NCBI GenBank assembly: GCA_964387285.1
Contig: CAYLWO010000003.1
Coordinates: 100,759-164,758, forward strand
Length of the DNA: 64,000 nucleotides
Reading direction: 5' to 3'
DNA from: an uncultured Cytophagia bacterium
GTDB lineage: Bacteria; Zhuqueibacterota; Zhuqueibacteria; Residuimicrobiales; Residuimicrobiaceae
Positions within the stretch are counted from its first letter, which is position 1; every line of letters begins with the position of its first letter. The notes under the pieces were generated by a model, which worked only from the letters and a program-made list of their open reading frames with translations, had not been told where the DNA came from and searched no databases. A program made the translations under genes and the position numbers. Below are positions 40,506-50,172 of this stretch, piece by piece.

Positions 40506-41795
40506 CTAAATTAAAACCGGATTTTCGCTCAAGCGCTGACTCCAGTTTATATAGTCTGTCCTGCCTATTTCTCGCCACCAGCTATCCACGCGTTTGGCAT
40601 ATTCCAGCACCTGGATCATCGATGTGTCGTAACCGAACATCTTGTAGGGCAACTTTAAGGTGTCCAGAATGTCCTTGCCGTAAAACATGCCCTTGATCAG
40701 ATTGGGACCGCCGCGTCCCACAACGGTATAAATGGGAGTTTTACCGTGATGCGACATGTGGTCGCGTAAAGCGTCAAAAATCCCTTTGAAGGTGACATAG
40801 ATATCCGTGTTGTTGGCTTTGCCGCCGATGATGAGGAGAACACTGGCTTTGTTGAGCCAATGCTTGAAAACAATGCGGCTGATTTCGTACATTTTTTCAT
40901 AAGGCGGATTGCCGCCGAAATCGGACGCAAAAATAGCGGACGCGCCCAAAGTTTCTGTGGCCGCTGAATTGGCGCCGCCGCCGAACATAAAAGGCATGAT
41001 GCTGCCGTTGGGATTGAGTTCCAGCACGTCACTCTGTCCCTGATAGGTGCGCAGCTGATTGATTTCGGATTCGAACGGAGAGATATCGGATTGAAAAATG
41101 GTTGCCGGCAATCCCAGCCGCTTCCAGGCAGGATTGTCCTGATCGAACTGCGCTTTGAGATCACAGGCTATGGGGATCAGTTTGCCGTCGCTTTTCATCA
41201 TGCGAATGGGATTGATTTCCAGCGTGGTCAGGCCATAGTTGTCGTACAGACTCCACAGCTTGGGCAGATTTTGCACCAGCGGTGAGATATACGCTTCCGG
41301 ACAACCGGTATCGGTCAACGCATTGGTGATGTCAAAGGATTTCAAGCCGATAAAAGGATCGATCCAGATGACCTGCTTTTTATCAAAGGACAGGCTTTCG
41401 ATGTCCATGCCGCCAAATGGTGAAATGGTAAAGATGGGTTTACGGTGGGCCGTGGAAGCTGCGATACTAAAGTACACCTCAATCTCGGAGGGGATGAACG
41501 CTTCAAAAGTCACGCCGTTGGCATAGACGGTCTTGCTGCCGTATTGATGGCCGGCAAAGTACAACTCTTTTTTGGCCTGTAAGGCATCGAGCACATTGTC
41601 GACGATGCGCACCAGTCCGGCTTTGCCCTTTTTACCTACGCCGCCTGAAAAAAAAGGCTTCACTACCAGTTTTTTATGCTGAGTAAGAAGCCTTTGAATT
41701 TGTTCCTTGGTGGCGTCGGCTGTCAGAAATGGGGCATAGGGAAACTCGACCAGATCCAGCAGCTGAGCGCCGTACTTGAGTCCGGAGATTTGCAT
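40506..41795 (-). CDS. ATP-citrate lyase beta-like subunit (SucC-like ATP-grasp, AclB-like).
   Basis: LVVKPFFSGGVGKKGKAGLVRIV aligns with ACLY/AclB LVVKPDQLIKRRGKLGLV. Full SucC-like length, immediately upstream of the SucD+CS fusion. Confidence 0.65.
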   Translation of the reverse strand: MQISGLKYGAQLLDLVEFPYAPFLTADATKEQIQRLLTQHKKLVVKPFFSGGVGKKGKAGLVRIVDNVLDALQAKKELYFAGHQYGSKTVYANGVTFEAFIPSEIEVYFSIAASTAHRKPIFTISPFGGMDIESLSFDKKQVIWIDPFIGLKSFDITNALTDTGCPEAYISPLVQNLPKLWSLYDNYGLTTLEINPIRMMKSDGKLIPIACDLKAQFDQDNPAWKRLGLPATIFQSDISPFESEINQLRTYQGQSDVLELNPNGSIMPFMFGGGANSAATETLGASAIFASDFGGNPPYEKMYEISRIVFKHWLNKASVLLIIGGKANNTDIYVTFKGIFDALRDHMSHHGKTPIYTVVGRGGPNLIKGMFYGKDILDTLKLPYKMFGYDTSMIQVLEYAKRVDSWWREIGRTDYINWSQRLSENPVLI

Positions 41796-42229
41796 AGTAT
41801 CCTTTGATAATACTGAGGTTACCTATTATTCCAATACAAAAAAACCACAAATATTAGTTTAGGAATTTTCCGGGAAATATCCAAAGGTTTATTGGACTGA
41901 TTTATGCAGGGAACATCAAATTTCAAGGAGCACTTTGCTCATTAAATTTATATTGTTGGAGCCGCTTCCGAGTGGCGACCGTCGGTCAGGATCTTAAAAA
42001 ATCGCGATCGCGGAGAATGATATACTGGATTGGATTTTTACTGCTTGTCTCTTCTTGTCGCGCATGGCAACGAAATTTGGATAAAAACCAATTTTTTAAA
42101 ACTGTCTTTCAAACAAAGATTGAACCGTAACCTTTTTCTCAACTTCATCTGACTTTTTACTAAAGTAATATGACTCTTCCAATATTTATATTTTTTCGTA
42201 TTTCATATTTCCCCTGAAATCCAGTGTTT

Positions 42230-43177
42230 TTAAAAATATCCCCACGTCCTCAACAAGAATATCCCGATGGCTATGGTTACGGAACTAGCTAAAGTGGACA
42301 ACAGAATGATATTCCCTGCCAACCGACCGTTGCTGCCCATGGCTTCAGCCATGATATAGCTCGCCACCGCAGCGGGGGAGGCAAAAAAGAAAAACAGAGC
42401 GGCCAGTTCGTGTTTGCTGAAATGCATATACAACGCAGCCAATATGACCATGATCGGAGAAAGAATCAATTTGATAAAAGAGGCGAACGCAGCCAGCCTG
42501 AAATCCTGTTTGACGCCGGTAAAGCTCAGGCTGCCGCCGATGCCGATAAGCGCCAACGGCAGCGTGATGGTTGCGAGTTGATTAGTAGCAGAATACATAA
42601 TTTCTGGAATGGTAATTTTAAAAATAGAAAAAGGCAGAGCGGCGGCAGCGGCCAGAATCAAAGGATTAGTCGCTACATCTTTGGCGATCTTTTTCCAGGG
42701 CAGCTGTTTTTCGCTGTGTTGCGTGACAGTCAGGGCAACGATAGCCAGCAGATTATAAGGCGGCATCATAAAACTGAGCAGCACTGCTGCGTTGGCCAGA
42801 GGTGCATCGCCAAAAGCGCTTTTAATCATGGCAAAACCGAGAATGGCAAAATTGCCGCGAAAGCTGCCCTGGATAAAAGCACCGCGGTCCCGTCCATCCG
42901 GCGCCAGCAGGACGCCGACGATCCAGGAGAGTGAAAAGACCACGGCTATGGCGGCATAGGTGAACAACACCAGCCGGCCGTTGAAAGCAGCGCCAAAATC
43001 GGTAACCGCGATTTTACTGAACAGCAGCGCCGGCAGAGCGACGAGAAAAACAAATCGCGATGACACGCGATTAAAGTGATCGTCGATAATATTTTTGCGC
43101 TTCAACCATACGCCCAACAGCACAATGATAAAAATCGGCGCAACGATTTTTACGGCGAAAATGATATTTTGTATCAT
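42230..43177 (-). CDS. AEC-family (auxin efflux carrier / malate permease-like) transporter.
   Basis: 10-TM protein with the characteristic N-terminal MIQNIIFAVKIVAPIFIIVLLGVWLKR. Confidence 0.7.
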   Translation of the reverse strand: MIQNIIFAVKIVAPIFIIVLLGVWLKRKNIIDDHFNRVSSRFVFLVALPALLFSKIAVTDFGAAFNGRLVLFTYAAIAVVFSLSWIVGVLLAPDGRDRGAFIQGSFRGNFAILGFAMIKSAFGDAPLANAAVLLSFMMPPYNLLAIVALTVTQHSEKQLPWKKIAKDVATNPLILAAAAALPFSIFKITIPEIMYSATNQLATITLPLALIGIGGSLSFTGVKQDFRLAAFASFIKLILSPIMVILAALYMHFSKHELAALFFFFASPAAVASYIMAEAMGSNGRLAGNIILLSTLASSVTIAIGIFLLRTWGYF

Positions 43178-43199
43178 GAATCAAACCTGTACGGGGTTT

Positions 43200-43246
43200 G
43201 GAACGCGGGCGTCCCGCCCGCAGAGGCAACAGGAACGCCCGCGTTC
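43200..43246. other. Perfect 13-bp inverted repeat (hairpin) between the MFS stop and the AEC start; terminator or attenuator candidate.
   Basis: GGAACGCGGGCGT ... ACGCCCGCGTTCC with a 21-nt GC-rich loop that is itself hairpin-forming. Adjacent tandem heptamer AACGTTC x2.6 at 43264-43284 overlaps the MFS stop. Confidence 0.4.
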
Positions 43247-43261
43247 CAGTCAGTAAATTGT

Positions 43262-44710
43262 TTAACGTTCAACGTTCAACGTGGTACGTATCTCTCCTCT
43301 GGCCAGTGAAGCGACTACGCCAATGGAACACAGCGCTGCCGCTGCCCAAAGAATATAATGCATGCTGTCGATAAAACGGCCGTGCAATTCCGGCGTAATA
43401 ATCCGCCGTCCCACGAAAACGTTCAGCACCAGCGCGGCCAGTCCCATGCTGAACATTTGTCCCAGTAAACGCATGGTGCTGACCATGGCTGAGGCGGCGC
43501 CGTAATGTCGCTTGCTCACCGAGCTCATGACGGCATTGGTGTTGGGCGAGGAAAAGAGCCCGAATCCTACGCCGAGGATGACCAGATTAAAAACGATGTA
43601 CCAGAGCGGTGAGTCAATGGTTACAAAACTCAATAATAAAAGTCCGATTACATTCAACATCATGCCAAAAGAGGCGGGCAGTCGCGGCTCGATGCGGTCC
43701 GAGAGCCGACCGGCAATGGGCGAGGCCAGGGTTTGCACCAGCGGCTGCGCCATCATCAGCAATCCGGCCGTACGCGGCGGCAGTTCTTTGATATATTGCA
43801 GATAAAGACTGACGACGAAAACGACCGCGGTCGTCGCCCCGTAATTGATCAAAGCCGCCAGGTTGGAAAAAGTGAAAGCACGATTTTGGGTAAACAGCTG
43901 CAGATCGACGAGCGGATGATGCAATCGTTTCTGGCGCAAAACAAACAACAGCATGCAGGTCACGCCGCAGGCCATAAGGGCCAGTCCCTTGGGTTGCGGT
44001 AAAATGGAAAAACCATACAGCAGCGTGCACAGGGCAGCAGCCAATAAAAGCGATCCGGCAACATCAAATCGTTCATTGGGAGATTCGGTCCATTCGTATT
44101 GCAGGTATCGGCGAATGATATAAAGGATGACAAGGCAGACCGGCACGACAAAGATAAAAATGGCGCGCCAGCCGAACCATTGGGTCAACAGGCCGCCCAG
44201 GACCGGGCCGACGGACAACCCCAGATAAACCGCAGCTACATTCATCCCCAGTGCCCGACCCCGTTCACCCAAAGGGAACGCAGAGGTCAGCATGGCCACG
44301 CCGTTGGCAAACATCATGGCGCTGCCGATTCCCTGCATGGTCCGGCTAAGCAACAGCCAGAAAATGGACGGCGCTGCGGCCGCCAGTATCGAGGCCAGCA
44401 TAAAGAGAATGAGACCATGGCTGAAAATTCGTTTACGGCCGTAAATGTCTGCCAGTCGGCCAAAAGCCAGGACCAGAACGGCTGAGGATAACAGATAAGA
44501 GGTGGCGATCCAGCTCATCAACACGGCATCCAGATGAAATGTGCGGCTTATGGCCGGCAAGGCGATGTTGATTCCTGAGGCCATGATGGGAATAAATGCA
44601 GAACTGGCTGTGACTACAATAAGCAGAGCGCGTCTTTGTCTAAGGTCATTCATGCGACTGTCTTTCCGAATTCTGGATAAAATGTTCAGTAACCCTGAAC
44701 CATCCGGCAA
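43262..44710 (-). CDS. MFS transporter, DHA2 (EmrB/QacA-like, 14-TM) drug:H+ antiporter family.
   Basis: 14 predicted TM segments. Conserved motif LADIYGRKRIF (motif A-like). True start may be the internal MNDLRQRRALL (44653). Confidence 0.7.
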   Translation of the reverse strand: MPDGSGLLNILSRIRKDSRMNDLRQRRALLIVVTASSAFIPIMASGINIALPAISRTFHLDAVLMSWIATSYLLSSAVLVLAFGRLADIYGRKRIFSHGLILFMLASILAAAAPSIFWLLLSRTMQGIGSAMMFANGVAMLTSAFPLGERGRALGMNVAAVYLGLSVGPVLGGLLTQWFGWRAIFIFVVPVCLVILYIIRRYLQYEWTESPNERFDVAGSLLLAAALCTLLYGFSILPQPKGLALMACGVTCMLLFVLRQKRLHHPLVDLQLFTQNRAFTFSNLAALINYGATTAVVFVVSLYLQYIKELPPRTAGLLMMAQPLVQTLASPIAGRLSDRIEPRLPASFGMMLNVIGLLLLSFVTIDSPLWYIVFNLVILGVGFGLFSSPNTNAVMSSVSKRHYGAASAMVSTMRLLGQMFSMGLAALVLNVFVGRRIITPELHGRFIDSMHYILWAAAALCSIGVVASLARGEIRTTLNVER

Positions 44711-45339
44711 ATTTCCTGCAAAGCCTTGCGGCCGGAAGGCTTTTCCCGCTCCTGCAGATCCTGGTCGAGTTGTTTGACATCGCCGTAATGACCAATCGCC
44801 ACGGCGGCTATGATTTCATATTCATTTTTATCGAGCTGCAACACGTCATAGGCCCGATCATGATCAAAGCCGGCCATGGGATGTGTAAACAAACCCAAAT
44901 GGTATGCCTCCAAGGCCAGGGACATAAACGCCGAGCCGCAATCGAATTGAAAGGTGGCGTTGTCACGGCCGCTTTTTGCCCATTTTTTTCGACCCGCCAC
45001 ATAGAGCAACAGCGGCGCTCGATTGGCCCAGCGCTGGTTGGACGGATTGAGCAGACTGCGAAATTGCTGCAATGCCTCAGGGCCGTCCGGCAACAGAAAA
45101 CACCAGGGCTGTTCATTGCCGGCAGACGGCGCCCAGCGGGCCGCTTCCAGGAGAGCCAGCATTTTTTCCTGTTCTATGGGTGTATCGCTAAAAGCGCGTG
45201 GTGACCAGCGCTCGAGAAATTGGCGGTTTATATCGTATTCTGATTGACGATGGTTATGATAAGGCGTCATACGGGCCATTCCTATTGTTAAAAAAGCTGA
45301 TGTGATTAATATATACAGATTTGATTTGAAACGCAACAA
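44686..45339 (-). CDS. Nitroreductase-family protein.
   Basis: ...FLERWSPRAFSDTPIEQEKMLALLEAARWAPSAGNEQPWCFLL is the nitroreductase signature. Confidence 0.7.
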   Translation of the reverse strand: MLRFKSNLYILITSAFLTIGMARMTPYHNHRQSEYDINRQFLERWSPRAFSDTPIEQEKMLALLEAARWAPSAGNEQPWCFLLPDGPEALQQFRSLLNPSNQRWANRAPLLLYVAGRKKWAKSGRDNATFQFDCGSAFMSLALEAYHLGLFTHPMAGFDHDRAYDVLQLDKNEYEIIAAVAIGHYGDVKQLDQDLQEREKPSGRKALQEICRMVQGY

Positions 45340-45469
45340 GGGCTATTACACGATGAAGCGAATTGAAACATATTGCTTCCTGAATAGCAGGCAATTTCGT
45401 GTTGTGGGTAATGTGTTTCTGCCAGATTTCTGATTAGAAAAATTTTAATGATGCCGGATCCGCCTCGAA

Positions 45470-46150
45470 CTAGGGATTTCTCAGCAGCAGCGGCGTTACC
45501 TGGGCGGTGTTGTCCAGAATCAGATCCGCGCCTGCCCGCTCCAGTTCCGCACGTTCGCCAAATCCGCATAAAACCCCTACGGTCTGACAACCGGCTGCCT
45601 TGCCGGCGCGAATATCGACCGTGGTATCGCCGATCATGACGCAAGCGGCCGGATCGATGTTCAACTCTTTGGCTGCCAATAACACGGGCCTGGGACTGGG
45701 TTTTATTTTAATGCAAGAGTGGGTGGTGATCACGGAAGAAAAATATTCGTTCAATCCATACTGGCTTAAAAATTCTCTGGTGCCTCTTTCACCCCGGCTG
45801 CTGACGATGGCAAGAGCGTAATGACTATGCAGTGTTTGCAGCATGCTCTTTACGCCGGATATGATTAAAAACGGCGCCAGCGGCTTTTCCCTATTGCTGC
45901 GGATTTTGCAAAGCCATTTGAAGCATTCGTCCAGGTAGAGGCGATCCGACCATTGGTGCAGAAAATTGGTCGGTGTTTCCAGACTCATGACCAGCCAACG
46001 CGCTGCCCGGCCATGATCGCGGTCCGGCAACAAGGGCCCTAGCGGACGCAGCCAGCGGGTCAGACATTGCACGTAGAGATCATCGGTGTCGCACAAGGTC
46101 CCGTCCATATCGAATAACAGGCCCTGGATGCGGGATACGTCGAGAGGCAT
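45470..46150 (-). CDS. HAD-superfamily hydrolase (phosphatase, beta-PGM-like subfamily).
   Basis: Start MPLDVSRIQGLLFDMDGTL with a GGAG RBS. DxDGT motif I. ...IGDTTVDIRAGKAAG motif IV. Confidence 0.7.
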   Translation of the reverse strand: MPLDVSRIQGLLFDMDGTLCDTDDLYVQCLTRWLRPLGPLLPDRDHGRAARWLVMSLETPTNFLHQWSDRLYLDECFKWLCKIRSNREKPLAPFLIISGVKSMLQTLHSHYALAIVSSRGERGTREFLSQYGLNEYFSSVITTHSCIKIKPSPRPVLLAAKELNIDPAACVMIGDTTVDIRAGKAAGCQTVGVLCGFGERAELERAGADLILDNTAQVTPLLLRNP

Positions 46151-46219
46151 GAGAACTCCGTAAAAAAAACAATATACACAGAAAAAAAGCCTTGACAAAC
46201 AGGAAAAAATACCATAAAT

Positions 46220-46250
46220 TTAACCAATTAGTTAAACTAAATAGTTAGTT
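46220..46250. promoter_or_regulatory. Candidate TetR operator: imperfect palindrome TTAACCAATTAGTTAA followed by a TAGTTAGTTAA repeat upstream of the TetR gene.
   Basis: 14/16 self-complementary positions, 30 nt upstream of the start codon. A location typical of autoregulatory TetR boxes. Confidence 0.35.
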
Positions 46251-46268
46251 AAAAACACGGAGACGACC

Positions 46269-46910
46269 ATGCCTGTTAATCAGGTCGGCGGCGAATCCAC
46301 GCGGGAGAAAATAAAAACCGCGGCGGCCGAAATATTCATTGAAAAGGGCTATGCAGCGGCGCGCATGCAAGAGATCGCAGATCGGGCGCAGGCCAATAAG
46401 GCCATGATCTATTACTATTTTTCTTCCAAAGACGCCCTGTTCGAGTCCATTATCCGCGAGGCGTTTGAAGAACTGTTCAGCATGTTTACCGGTCTCCAGC
46501 AAGGCCCGGAATGCGATCTGCCGACTCTGATCGCCAGACTGGTGCACACCCATTTTCATTTCCTGCAAACGCATCCGCAATTGCCGCGTCTGATTGCCCG
46601 TGAATTGAACAGTGATAACCCGATACCGCAAAAAGTGTTGACCGACGTTATCAGGCGCCACGGCAAGGAACGATTAGAAAGTCTGCAAAATATGTTGAGC
46701 CGGGCCATAAGCGACGGCCGGCTGCGATCTGTCGACGTCAAACACACTTTGTGGAACATTGTCTCCTTGAATGTTTTTACTTTTATTGTTTCCCCGGTAT
46801 TTCAAAACGTTTGGCCGGAAGAGTACAAGAATTCTGATCGCTTGATGAAAAAACGGGAAAAAGCCATTGTGGATTTGATTTTGTACGGCATTCTGCCGCG
46901 TAAAGGATGA
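46269..46910 (+). CDS. TetR/AcrR-family transcriptional regulator.
   Basis: HTH TREKIKTAAAEIFIEKGYAAARMQEIADRAQANKAMIYYYFSSKDALF. Confidence 0.8.
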   Translation: MPVNQVGGESTREKIKTAAAEIFIEKGYAAARMQEIADRAQANKAMIYYYFSSKDALFESIIREAFEELFSMFTGLQQGPECDLPTLIARLVHTHFHFLQTHPQLPRLIARELNSDNPIPQKVLTDVIRRHGKERLESLQNMLSRAISDGRLRSVDVKHTLWNIVSLNVFTFIVSPVFQNVWPEEYKNSDRLMKKREKAIVDLILYGILPRKG

Positions 46911-46918
46911 GGAAGGTC

Positions 46919-48262
46919 ATGGAAAAGAAAATTTTGATAATCCTGGCGTGCGTGTCGGCATTACCGGTCCGAGGGCAGATCACTTTACCGGATTTGGTGC
47001 ACCAGGCGTTGGCCAACAATCCAGGCCTGGCGCTGGGGCAGGCTGATTCATTGAACGCCGCGGAAGAGGTGACGCAAGCGCGTGCGTCCCGTTTGCCTTC
47101 CCTGGATTTCAGCGGTTCCTATCGCCGGCAAAGCACGGTGCCTGAAATAAAAATCGCACCGGTCACGTTGCCGTTCGGCGCCGGCATCTATTCTCCGATT
47201 CCAGGCGGCGCCATGCAAATGGGCACACTGGATAATTTTGATTTCCGCTTGACCGTTGCGCAACCGCTGTTTACCGGTTTTCGTCTCGCGCAAAAAGTGG
47301 CTGCCAGCCGAGCTAACCAGGATGGGAAAGCAGCAGATCTGCGTCGGCAACGCTGTGAGTTGATCGGCCAGGTCGAGAAAGCCTATGGTCAGGTTTTAAA
47401 AACCTTAAAATATGTGGACATTGCCCGTACCAGTCGCGACCAGGTCGCTGCGCATGTACGGGACGTGAAAAAAATGGTGGACCAGGGCATATTAAAAAGG
47501 GAAGAAGTCCTTAAAACCGACGTACGACTCTCCGAAGCAGAGTTGGCCATTGTGCAGGCGGAGAACGGCCTGGCCATGAGTCGCAGTGTGCTGGAAAATC
47601 TGCTGGCGAAAAAGCTGCCGACCGATGCTCCGTTCAGCGCTATGCCGACGCCTGATGCTTTTGATCTCAACAAAGAGACTACATTAGAAACGGCTTGGGC
47701 CAATCGTGCAGAATTACAGACATTGCATTCGGCGCAACAGGCCAGCCGCTCCGTCACCCGCATGGCCAAAGGCGGTCGTCTGCCCAATCTGGCAGCCTTT
47801 GGTTCTGTCGGTTACGGCAAACCGGGTCTGGATATGCTCAAGAAAGAGTGGATGGACTATTGGTTGGTCGGCGTGGGCATGGAATGGAATATCTGGAATT
47901 GGGGCAAAACCCGCTCGCAGATCCAGCAAACGGAAATCAAGCAGCGCGCCCTTGCCCACACGGAACGACAGTTGCGCGATGCCATTGAATTGGATGTGAC
48001 GCAAGCTTTGCTGCAAGTGCAGGAAGCGATGCAACGCCGTGATTTATGTGTTACACTGACCAGCCAGGCGGAAGAAAGTTTTCGCGTGGCGGAGAAACAG
48101 TATTTGCAGGGCATGGCGACACACACCGAATATTTTGACGCCCAATCCGCTTTGACCCGCGCCCGGTTGGGCCAGGCTCAGGCGGATATCGATTATAATT
48201 TGGCTCTGGCAAATCTTCGTCGCGCTCAAGGCGTGAATGATAAACCTTATGTCACTCATTGA
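46919..48262 (+). CDS. TolC-family outer-membrane efflux protein.
   Basis: Signal peptide. Two tandem coiled-coil / beta-barrel repeats of the TolC type (e.g. ...LTVAQPLFTGFRL..., ...WLVGVGMEWNIWNWGKT...). Confidence 0.7.
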   Translation: MEKKILIILACVSALPVRGQITLPDLVHQALANNPGLALGQADSLNAAEEVTQARASRLPSLDFSGSYRRQSTVPEIKIAPVTLPFGAGIYSPIPGGAMQMGTLDNFDFRLTVAQPLFTGFRLAQKVAASRANQDGKAADLRRQRCELIGQVEKAYGQVLKTLKYVDIARTSRDQVAAHVRDVKKMVDQGILKREEVLKTDVRLSEAELAIVQAENGLAMSRSVLENLLAKKLPTDAPFSAMPTPDAFDLNKETTLETAWANRAELQTLHSAQQASRSVTRMAKGGRLPNLAAFGSVGYGKPGLDMLKKEWMDYWLVGVGMEWNIWNWGKTRSQIQQTEIKQRALAHTERQLRDAIELDVTQALLQVQEAMQRRDLCVTLTSQAEESFRVAEKQYLQGMATHTEYFDAQSALTRARLGQAQADIDYNLALANLRRAQGVNDKPYVTH

Positions 48263-48276
48263 AATAGAGGAATTCT

Positions 48277-49164
48277 ATGAAGCATGGCTTGATATCTTTG
48301 GGAGTGGCGGTTGTGCTGCTCATGAGCGGTTGCTCGGATAAAAAGAACGATGCAACATCCGGCTCCGGCACCCTGGAGGCGACCGAGGTGCTCTTGAGCA
48401 GCAAAACGGCCGGCACGGTCGTCAGTATGCAGGTGCGGGAAGGCGATCTGGTCGCCTCCGGTCAGATCGTAGCGCTGATCGACAGCGAAAAAGTCTTTTT
48501 GCAAAAACAGCAATTATTGGCCGGCATGCAGGAACTGCGCTTTAACATGATCAATGCCAAGCGAGCCGTCCAACTCAGCCAGGATCATTTCGACAACGTT
48601 GCCAAAAAATTTCAACGCATCAAAATACTGTGGCAGGACAGCAGCGCCACGTTACAGCAATTTGAAGATATCGAAACCGCCTATAAGGCAGCCTCCACCC
48701 AATTTGAAAATAGCCGCACGGCTTATGACGCCTTGACAGCGCGACAGTCGCAATTGCAGGCCCAGCTCGCTTTGCTTAGCAGCCAATTGGCGGATTGTCG
48801 CGTAGTGGCGCCTATCGTGGCTACGGTGTTGGAAACCTATATTGAAAAAGGTGAGATCGCCAGACCGGCCGGTCCGATTGTTAAACTGGCGGACTTGACG
48901 CGCATGTGGATTAAAATTTATGTGACCGAAGCCGAACTGGGGCGCATCAAAATCGGTGCAACGGCAGAGGTGCAGATCGCTTCTCAGCCGGAAAAAAGGT
49001 TCCCGGGACAGGTTTCCTGGATATCCCCGCGCGCTGAATTCACGCCGAAAAATGTGCAGACCAAAGAGGCGCGCGCCGATTTGGTTTACGCCGTTAAAAT
49101 AACCACAGCGAATCCGGACGGCGTGTTGAAAATCGGCATGCCGGCAGATGTGTATTTGCGCTGA
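48277..49164 (+). CDS. HlyD-family periplasmic adaptor (membrane fusion protein).
   Basis: Lipobox LLMSGCSDKK. Biotin-lipoyl-like hairpin and a coiled coil. C-terminal ...GMPADVYL. Confidence 0.7.
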   Translation: MKHGLISLGVAVVLLMSGCSDKKNDATSGSGTLEATEVLLSSKTAGTVVSMQVREGDLVASGQIVALIDSEKVFLQKQQLLAGMQELRFNMINAKRAVQLSQDHFDNVAKKFQRIKILWQDSSATLQQFEDIETAYKAASTQFENSRTAYDALTARQSQLQAQLALLSSQLADCRVVAPIVATVLETYIEKGEIARPAGPIVKLADLTRMWIKIYVTEAELGRIKIGATAEVQIASQPEKRFPGQVSWISPRAEFTPKNVQTKEARADLVYAVKITTANPDGVLKIGMPADVYLR

Positions 49165-49242
49165 ATGGTCCATGTTTTATAAACAACCAACAGGGATTGA
49201 ACAGATTGGGATTGTTTGTTAATTTTTTCCGGGCCGTATGCA

Positions 49243-50157
49243 ATGAATAAACTTATTGAAATACAGGGTCTGTACAAATCATTTGGCGATACCACCGCCG
49301 TCGCCGGCATGGATTTGTGCGTTTATGAAGGCGAGATGCTGGGATTGATCGGCCCTGATGGCGCCGGCAAAACCACCACCTTGCGCATATTATGCGGTTT
49401 GTTGCGTCCTGATCAGGGCGCTGCGACGATGGCCGGCTGGCAGGTTGCTACCGAAATGAAAAAAATCCGTCACATCATCGGCTATATGCCGCAACGTTTT
49501 TCCCTGTATCCGGATTTAACCGTAGCGGAAAACCTGCGCTTCTTCAGTGACCTGTTCCAGGTAAGCAAACAAGAACGTGAATCGCGATTGCAGAGATTGC
49601 TGGAATTCAGCCGTCTGGGCCCTTTTGCCGATCGCCAGGCCCATGCCTTGTCCGGCGGCATGAAACAGAAACTGGCCTTGTCCTGTACGTTGATTCATAC
49701 GCCCAAGATTTTGCTTTTGGACGAACCGACCACCGGCGTGGATCCGGTTTCTCGCCGGGAATTCTGGGACATCCTCGCCGAGCTGCGCAGCCAGGGCGTG
49801 ACCATCGTCGTCACCACGCCGTACATGGATGAAGCGGCGCGCTGCGACCGTGTGGCGTTCATTCACCGCGGCAAGATACTGTCCGTGAGCAGACCGGATG
49901 AAATAGCAAAAATGTACGCCGGCACTTTGCTGGAAATTCGTTGTCGGAATAATGTTGCCGCTGCTGCAAAGTTGACCGCCAGCGGCCGATTCGCTTCCGT
50001 GCAAATTTTCGGCGACCGACTGCATGTCGCCGGATCCGAATCGGCGGAATGTATGCAAATGATGGTGCAGGAACTCCTCGGTCCGGAAGATGATGCTTTA
50101 TCAATCAAGAAAATTCCGGCAGGCATCGAGGACGTATTTGTCGAAATGCTCAAGTAA
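49243..50157 (+). CDS. ABC transporter ATP-binding protein (corresponds to the N-terminal nucleotide-binding domain of the fused E. coli YbhF).
   Basis: Walker A GPDGAGKTTT, signature LSGGMKQK, Walker B LLLDEPTTGVD. Confidence 0.8.
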   Translation: MNKLIEIQGLYKSFGDTTAVAGMDLCVYEGEMLGLIGPDGAGKTTTLRILCGLLRPDQGAATMAGWQVATEMKKIRHIIGYMPQRFSLYPDLTVAENLRFFSDLFQVSKQERESRLQRLLEFSRLGPFADRQAHALSGGMKQKLALSCTLIHTPKILLLDEPTTGVDPVSRREFWDILAELRSQGVTIVVTTPYMDEAARCDRVAFIHRGKILSVSRPDEIAKMYAGTLLEIRCRNNVAAAAKLTASGRFASVQIFGDRLHVAGSESAECMQMMVQELLGPEDDALSIKKIPAGIEDVFVEMLK

Positions 50158-50172
50158 AGCAACCTTTGTAGG

